A DNA stretch of 46,695 bases, taken from Patescibacteria group bacterium (lineage in GTDB: Bacteria > Patescibacteriota > Minisyncoccia > Moranbacterales > SCTJ01). Both the position numbers and the translations under genes were made by a program. Shown piece by piece: positions 41,407 to 46,695 of this stretch (positions are counted from its first letter, which is position 1; every line of letters starts with the position of its first letter). Where the stretch lies: the NCBI GenBank assembly GCA_004297805.1, contig SCTJ01000067.1:1-46695 (forward strand), read 5' to 3'. Below the pieces are notes generated by a model. The model was not told the origin of the DNA and searched no databases. It worked only from the letters and a program-made list of their open reading frames with translations.

Positions 41407-44373
41407 ATGAAAAACAGTCAACACGTCGGTGTCTATTTATTCGTCGCTGTCTTTTTGGCGGCTTTTTTTGTAACTATGCCAGTTGCAGCAGAACTTACCC
41501 AAAATGGGACACAGGTGCCAATAAATTATGCAATCGAGCCGCTTAATGTTGGGGCAGCCCCAGGTGCGATTGGGCAAAATCCGCCTACTGTCCTTGGCGG
41601 CAATCCAACTGTGCCTAGCACTGGTCAAGATTTGTCACAGCGAGATAATATTGTGGCGACTACATCAGTCTACGATTGCAAAGTTGTGTCTCAGGAGGGA
41701 AACAGACTCAAAATTTCTTTTGGCATGGCAAATGGAGTGGGTGCTCAACCCCAGATTCATTATAGTATTCAACTTACGAAAATGGACAAGGATGGGCATC
41801 GTTTTGTGATAGATGAACAGGTCTCGGATGAGATATTTGATATAGGTCCAGGAGAAGAGGTAAAAAGGGAAGCAGTCTATAGCGCGCCAGACTTTTTGAC
41901 TGGTAAATATCAGATATGGATCGCGGCGAAAAATAATAATAATCTGAATCTAGGATTTTCTACAGCGGGAGACATAACTCTTTCTGGCAGTGGGAAATAT
42001 CTAGAAGTGGTTCCCGAAACCTGTTTTCTCACAGTAGGAGGTGATGCGGGGCAGAAATATAGTCTTGTTTATGGAGTTGATGTTGAAAAAACAGAGCAGT
42101 TATTTCTGAATTGCCTTGTGAGAAGTCATCTCGACCAAGAGATTTCTGCTACCCCTTCATTTAACAATTTCTGGCGCAATTCTGCGGGGAAAAAAGTCGG
42201 TAGCCAAAAATTAGATCCAGTTACATTTCGGCCTGATGTCGACACTGAAATCAAATTGCTGATTCCCAAAGCGGACAGACCGCAGGCCTACGACGCAGTA
42301 CTTTCCTTGCTGAACGAGAAACAATTGCCCATTTCAAATGGTGTCACAATGCACTACGTCTTGCGAGGAGCAAGTGCGACTATCCAAAATATCTTGTTTG
42401 ACAAAGATTACTATGCAGAGGGAGATACTGCCAGAATATCATTTTTCTGGACTCCAGCGGCAAGTGCATTTCAGGGTTCGAGGAAAAATAATGCTGCAGA
42501 TCAAGTTGAGGCTCAGCTATCGATTGTTGTTTTGAGTAATGGTCAAAAATGTGGTGAGATAGACACCAAGTCGATCACCAAGAATGAACAGAATCTGAAG
42601 ATCGATATTCCGATTGTTCAAGACTGCCTGAATCCAGAAGCCAGAGTTTCTATTAAGGACCAGAGAGGGGAAACTCTTGATGAGGGTGTGTTCTCGGTCA
42701 CCAGTAAAAATTTGTCAAAAGGGAGTGTGTTGAAAACCGGATCTTCCGAGGGACAGGAAAAGAAAGTGCCAGTGCATGTGATTGCGCTCATTATTGCCGG
42801 TATCGTAGCAATTTTCGGAATAGCATCGGCGTATGTTGCTCGGAAACGGTCAGGAAAGATAATCCCAGTCCTTTGGCTGGTAGCTCTGTCTATGCTGTTG
42901 GCCGGTGGAGAGGTTCGGGCGACAGCATTGTCTTGGAATCTACCGGCGATTGACGAAAATGGTGTGTCGACAACTGCATATTATACGGTGAATTTTCGGA
43001 ATAATCCGTGGAACATTTACTCGCCGGGTGGCTTGGTCACCATAGACGCTACGGGATCGGGCGGTGCATGCAGCAATGGTTGGGGAGCGCATGGCTTGAT
43101 AACCCAAAATTATCTTGGCACACAAACTCAAGTTTTTTATTCCGATTTTGCTCCGGGCGAAACTGTCACGAGTTCTTCCGGGGTTCATCAGTTTTCTGCT
43201 CCTAACTCTCCCGGCGTGTATCCCCAGTACTTCATTGGGCTGGCTTATTTTGGCCCGAATGACAACATCGCTTTGCGATGGCAGTATTACAATTGGCAGA
43301 CCATGTACTATTACGTCGTAGCGCCGGCTCCCATCGCCACTCCAACGTGCAGCGGCTCTAATTCAACGGCTACTGTTACGGGAAGCGCTTTCGCGGGTGC
43401 TTCAAATTATCAAATACGTCTGGACACTGACACCAGCTTAAAGAATGGTTTTTGGTACAAAAATATTAGTAGCCTGAGTGACGCCACTGTTCCGGAAGGA
43501 TTTTCGGGTTGGAATGGATTTTCCAGTTTTTCCGGATACCTTAATCCAGGCACCACTTACTACACCAACATCGCCTACTTCAATGCTAGCTGGGGTTATT
43601 TGGGATATGAAAGCCCCTGGAAAAGTTTCGTGGCTAGTAGTTGTACGCTGGCAGCCCCGACTCTTGTCAGTAGTTGCTCTAGCGGAACGCCGACAATTAA
43701 CGCTTCTTGGCCTGCAGGTGGGCAATCAGGAAGCAGTGGCTACTGGGTGGATGTAGATAACGATAACAATTGGAACAATGGATATATTGCAGCCTATCAA
43801 ATTCCAGCCGGGACTACCTCTAAAGTAATCAACACGGGTTTGACATCTGGAATGACTTATTACGTGCGGGTCTACTATATCCAAGCCGGAACGCATGGCA
43901 ACACAAGTAGTATTATGCCCGTCTGTCCAGGAAGCTCGCTAAGCGTTAACAGTTCTAACCTCTGTATTCCAGAAGGCGAGAAAGCTACATTAACCTATGG
44001 TTCGTCCGGGTCGGCGTCGTGCACTGGTCGGTCTGTTCCGAACGACCCAAACTGGAATTTTGCTTGGAGCTCTGCTTATCTGAGTGGCACAAAACAAGTT
44101 CAGCCGAGCCAAAGCACCACGTATTATTTCAAATGTCGGGATGCTGCCTTGCAGGAAACGCCTGAGAGTTCGGTGGTGGTGGATATCAACACTATGGCGG
44201 CTGGTTGTCTCTGGTCTGGATGTCAGACTGAGAGTCCGGGCTGCGGGAATGGAACCGACACGGCCACCTGCTGGGGGAACTGCGGCAAGCCATACGCTGG
44301 AACGACACCTTCACCAAAAACGTGTAGTCTGGGTGCCTGCGAAGGCGACAAGTGGCGGGAAACCGGGAACTAA
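41407..44373 (+). CDS. large (989-aa) surface protein: two extracytoplasmic halves joined by a TM hairpin
   Basis: The ATG at 41407 gives a signal peptide (MKNSQHVGVYLFVAVFLAAFFVTMPVAA). The central part has TM-RKRSGK-TM. The C-terminal half has two Fn3-like modules (GTTYYTNIAYF, GMTYYVRVYY) and a Cys-rich end. No enzyme motif is evident. Confidence 0.7.
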   Translation: MKNSQHVGVYLFVAVFLAAFFVTMPVAAELTQNGTQVPINYAIEPLNVGAAPGAIGQNPPTVLGGNPTVPSTGQDLSQRDNIVATTSVYDCKVVSQEGNRLKISFGMANGVGAQPQIHYSIQLTKMDKDGHRFVIDEQVSDEIFDIGPGEEVKREAVYSAPDFLTGKYQIWIAAKNNNNLNLGFSTAGDITLSGSGKYLEVVPETCFLTVGGDAGQKYSLVYGVDVEKTEQLFLNCLVRSHLDQEISATPSFNNFWRNSAGKKVGSQKLDPVTFRPDVDTEIKLLIPKADRPQAYDAVLSLLNEKQLPISNGVTMHYVLRGASATIQNILFDKDYYAEGDTARISFFWTPAASAFQGSRKNNAADQVEAQLSIVVLSNGQKCGEIDTKSITKNEQNLKIDIPIVQDCLNPEARVSIKDQRGETLDEGVFSVTSKNLSKGSVLKTGSSEGQEKKVPVHVIALIIAGIVAIFGIASAYVARKRSGKIIPVLWLVALSMLLAGGEVRATALSWNLPAIDENGVSTTAYYTVNFRNNPWNIYSPGGLVTIDATGSGGACSNGWGAHGLITQNYLGTQTQVFYSDFAPGETVTSSSGVHQFSAPNSPGVYPQYFIGLAYFGPNDNIALRWQYYNWQTMYYYVVAPAPIATPTCSGSNSTATVTGSAFAGASNYQIRLDTDTSLKNGFWYKNISSLSDATVPEGFSGWNGFSSFSGYLNPGTTYYTNIAYFNASWGYLGYESPWKSFVASSCTLAAPTLVSSCSSGTPTINASWPAGGQSGSSGYWVDVDNDNNWNNGYIAAYQIPAGTTSKVINTGLTSGMTYYVRVYYIQAGTHGNTSSIMPVCPGSSLSVNSSNLCIPEGEKATLTYGSSGSASCTGRSVPNDPNWNFAWSSAYLSGTKQVQPSQSTTYYFKCRDAALQETPESSVVVDINTMAAGCLWSGCQTESPGCGNGTDTATCWGNCGKPYAGTTPSPKTCSLGACEGDKWRETGN

Positions 44374-44399
44374 CTATGATTGCCAGAAGCTGACTTTCG

Positions 44400-44433
44400 A
44401 GCCGACCACCAACTTTGGGTGGTCGGCTTTGTT
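44400..44433 (+). terminator. terminator-like hairpin after the large surface-protein gene
   Basis: AGCCGACCACC-(7 nt)-GGTGGTCGGCT followed by TTTGTT, a weak U-tract. Confidence 0.6.
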
Positions 44434-44476
44434 ATACACACCCATTTTTGCTAGGATGACTATTCTGTGGTACAAT
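44431..44476 (+). promoter_or_regulatory. promoter module B: GTTATACACA-N19-CTATTCTGTGGTACAAT
   Basis: -35 TTGCTA (44448-44453), 17-nt spacer, extended -10 TGTGGTACAAT. It has the same upstream decamer at the same spacing as 41330-41375. Confidence 0.6.
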
Positions 44477-44555
44477 TTATTTAATAATAGGGGAAATAAA
44501 GATTAAACATAAAATTGGCCCGAACCAAAATAAACAGCGGGTCTACAAAAAAAAT

Positions 44556-45959
44556 ATGGAGAAGATGAACCCAAAGCATTCAAAGGCAGTGATTGCCCTG
44601 GTTGTGTTCACAACGATTGTAGCGCTGATTTTCTTGTATCGCGAAAAATTGGGAAGCACAGTACGAAATTTAAACCAAACTGGATCAAAACAGGCAACGG
44701 ATGCCATTCCAACCTTGCCGTATCTAAAATGCGATTTTCAGGATGACGCTGAGGCATATCAGGCGGCTATGGAGAAAGTTAATCCGGAGGCGTGTGCATG
44801 TATTAAAGATGGACAACAGCAGGATGAGTGTCAATCAGGGTCTCTGGAATTGGTCAAGTTTCAGCAGATAATCAGGCAATATAATCTTAGTCGTTGCCAA
44901 GAGCTTCAGGACACGCAGCGCCAGAAGTTGTGCGAACAAGCGATTACAGATGGCATCGCAAAAATTACGGCGGAGGATCCATTGTATTTAGCTGGTGTCT
45001 ACATAAATAACAACAATTTCTCCGGGGCTGTCAGTGTTCTGAATGCGGCCATCAAAGCAGATAGTCGGAGCGTGGAGGCTCTTTTGGCATTGGCTCTGAC
45101 CTATGCCAACCAAGGGTTAGCAGAGCATCGGGAAACCGAATTGGTTCCCAGGGCCTTGGCCTTGGTGGATCAAGCAATAGCGATTGATCCCAATAGCTCA
45201 GAAGCCTATCGGGTTCAGGGATTTGTCTATGAAGTTAAGCCAGACTATGAGGCGGCACTCGGGAGTTATTCTAGGTCCTTGGAAATAGATAGTAGCTATG
45301 TGCTCTCATATGTTGGTCGGGGTCACACCTACAACATGATGAGTCAGATCGGGAATGCGATGAATGATTTGCAAAAAGCCAAGGAGTTGGACGTAGATAA
45401 AAAATACTCGCAGATATATGGACAGCTTTGTCGACTTGAGTCAGAGGGCGGCCAGATCAAGGAAGCAATTGACGACTGCACGAAAAATATCGAGCTGGCA
45501 AACGGCGGGCAAAAAGCTGAGGCCTATGGCATGATGGCTAATTTATATTTGCAGGCCGGCCAGGCGGATCAAGCCGCAGATCAAATCCAAATGGCACTGG
45601 CGATCGCTCCACAAAATCCGAGCATTAATCTTACCGCGGCCAATGTGTATATTGGACTGGGTGATTTGGGAATGGCTAAGGACTATGCAAATAAAGCAAT
45701 TAAACTGGATAGTCAGAAAGCCATGGCTTATTTGCAGCTAGCCAAAATATTGTTGCAGCAAAATGATGCCAATGGAGCAGTTACTAACGGAGAAAAGGCA
45801 CTTTCCTTGATCGACAGTGACGTTTCAATTCTCCTGCCCAATAAGGCAGGCGCCAAACAGAGTTGTTATGACCTCCTAGCGAATGCCTATGGCCAAAAAG
45901 AGGACAAAGCAAATGAGACAAAGTACCGTGAGATGAACCTGACTCCAAGCGAAGAATAA
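44556..45959 (+). CDS. membrane-anchored TPR-repeat protein
   Basis: N-terminal TM (AVIALVVFTTIVALIFLY), a short Cys-containing segment, then repeated A..Y...G/A..A...L..AL..DP-type TPR units. Confidence 0.7.
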   Translation: MEKMNPKHSKAVIALVVFTTIVALIFLYREKLGSTVRNLNQTGSKQATDAIPTLPYLKCDFQDDAEAYQAAMEKVNPEACACIKDGQQQDECQSGSLELVKFQQIIRQYNLSRCQELQDTQRQKLCEQAITDGIAKITAEDPLYLAGVYINNNNFSGAVSVLNAAIKADSRSVEALLALALTYANQGLAEHRETELVPRALALVDQAIAIDPNSSEAYRVQGFVYEVKPDYEAALGSYSRSLEIDSSYVLSYVGRGHTYNMMSQIGNAMNDLQKAKELDVDKKYSQIYGQLCRLESEGGQIKEAIDDCTKNIELANGGQKAEAYGMMANLYLQAGQADQAADQIQMALAIAPQNPSINLTAANVYIGLGDLGMAKDYANKAIKLDSQKAMAYLQLAKILLQQNDANGAVTNGEKALSLIDSDVSILLPNKAGAKQSCYDLLANAYGQKEDKANETKYREMNLTPSEE

Positions 45960-45989
45960 TTTTCATTCACAAACGATAACACATTCAAT

Positions 45990-46397
45990 ATGCACAATAT
46001 GAAAAAAATGTTTCTCACGCTGGGAGTAATCATTGGACTGGGCATGCTTGTCGGGCCGGAAATCGCTAGGGCGGTGACGGTGGAGAACTGTCAAACCTCG
46101 AAAGTTTATGACCGTCGCATAAACACGGAAGTAACTAAGACGGTCTGCGGCTGTGCTTGGACCAAGATCGGAGAAACTTGGTGCACGGGCAGCAGTACCT
46201 GTAGATCTGGTAATGATTGTAATCCGAATACGGGGGTTTGTAAGAATTATGCCTGTGGGAGTACTTGTGGTGCATGTGGAACAAACTGTATCAATGATTA
46301 TAAAATTTCGGGCTATGGGTACACTTGTCAAGCCGGAGGTAGGATAGTGTGCAAGGGCTGGTCTAGCAGTCGGGGGAAACTATTATCACACTTCTGA
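45990..46397 (+). CDS. secreted Cys-rich protein (possibly the 5' part of a frameshifted larger gene)
   Basis: Signal peptide MKKMFLTLGVIIGLGMLVGPEIARA, then a ~100-aa mature part with many Cys (CGC, CTGSSTC, CNPNTGVC, ACGSTCGACGTNC). Confidence 0.6.
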   Translation: MHNMKKMFLTLGVIIGLGMLVGPEIARAVTVENCQTSKVYDRRINTEVTKTVCGCAWTKIGETWCTGSSTCRSGNDCNPNTGVCKNYACGSTCGACGTNCINDYKISGYGYTCQAGGRIVCKGWSSSRGKLLSHF

Positions 46398-46404
46398 CTG
46401 GATC

Positions 46405-46695
46405 ATGAGCCCGACATGCGCTGCAAAATATGGCTATGCCTATGAATACTGCGGTAACTTTGGTGGGACATACTTTCCGAGATGTTGGTACACCACATAT
46501 TCTGGAACATGTGCGGCGCATACCCTAAGCGTAGCTACGGCCAATGTGGTGAATGGGAGCTCCTGTACTGATGGATCGCCGTGGTGCAACAATGCTCCAG
46601 TGGCCCACATTTCATCTCCGGCGATGAACGCAACTTTTGCTCAAGGAGCAAATATAAGCTTCAGTGGTTATGGCACCGATGCCGACAGCGACGCC
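46405..46695 (+). CDS. open-ended Cys/Tyr/Gly-rich ORF running off the window (frame +1 relative to 45990..46397)
   Basis: This frame is open from 46348 to the window end. It reads ...GGNYYHTSDWIMSPTCAAKYGYAYEYCGNFGGTYFPRCWYTTYSGTCAAH...FSGYGTDADSDA. It has no signal peptide of its own. It is unterminated, so it is absent from the ORF track. Confidence 0.5.
   Translation, partial: MSPTCAAKYGYAYEYCGNFGGTYFPRCWYTTYSGTCAAHTLSVATANVVNGSSCTDGSPWCNNAPVAHISSPAMNATFAQGANISFSGYGTDADSDA

Noticed and set aside
1-46695. CRISPR arrays, IS elements, integrases, prophage genes, toxin-antitoxin pairs or known defence systems
   Set aside because: I saw no spaced 25-40-nt direct repeats, no transposase, integrase or recombinase motifs, and no nuclease, ATPase or reverse-transcriptase ORFs outside the housekeeping set. 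The only repeats are the short ones reported in the findings.
1-46695. Alternative genetic code (for example UGA as Gly, as in some candidate phyla)
   Set aside because: Conserved genes end at TGA, TAA and TAG at the expected protein lengths. For example, uvrA ends at TGA 23815-23817, and no in-frame TGA interrupts any conserved domain.

Overview
The window is 46.7 kb of bacterial chromosome read with the standard genetic code. TGA, TAA and TAG all act as stops. Genes are tightly packed and almost all lie on the plus strand.

Gene content is mostly housekeeping:
- Left end: a ppsA 3' end, tRNA-Ser(GGA), an MFS permease and an asparaginase.
- Replication, repair and division: dnaG-rpoD, lexA, ftsK, rodZ, recA, uvrB, uvrA, ftsA-ftsZ and hup.
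- Translation: rpsF-ssb-rpsR, efp, hisS and rpsU.
- Sugar metabolism: a ROK kinase, a GT2 glycosyltransferase, galT, tpiA and fba.
- Other: lepB, a HIT protein, a YqeY-like protein, ybeY and dgkA.
- A hypC-hypD-vanZ-hypE cluster converges on a half-size hypF-like gene.
- The right end holds a cluster of secreted or membrane proteins: a FecR-domain protein, a 989-aa surface protein, a TPR protein and Cys-rich proteins.

The compact layout and gene set suggest an uncultivated small-genome bacterium, possibly Patescibacteria/CPR. That is inference only.

I found no CRISPR array, integrase, transposase or recognisable defence system. I cannot name one discrete new system with confidence. The signals most worth follow-up are:
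1. A family of 7-nt-periodic repeat arrays built from a few shared unit types (YATAACG, CATAGCG, TGGAGCG, CGTAACG). Two arrays abut stop codons and one lies in frame inside the hypF-like gene. A GTAAC heptad array in the lexA leader may or may not be related.
2. A 0.76-kb hairpin-dense non-coding region between efp and uvrB. It has a consensus minus-strand promoter and terminator, and it sits next to a relic, synonymously diverged copy of the uvrB 5' end that now forms a coupled uORF.
3. A duplicated tRNA-Ser 3' end and leader bracketing a single MFS gene.
4. An orphan hyp cluster with a Kae1-domain-only HypF, an embedded VanZ gene and a non-canonical hypC start.
5. A zinc-ribbon gene with a 134-nt leader capable of alternative pairings.
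6. Two surface-protein genes that share a 46-bp promoter architecture.

All coordinates and motifs were read by eye from the sequence. No database searches were run.
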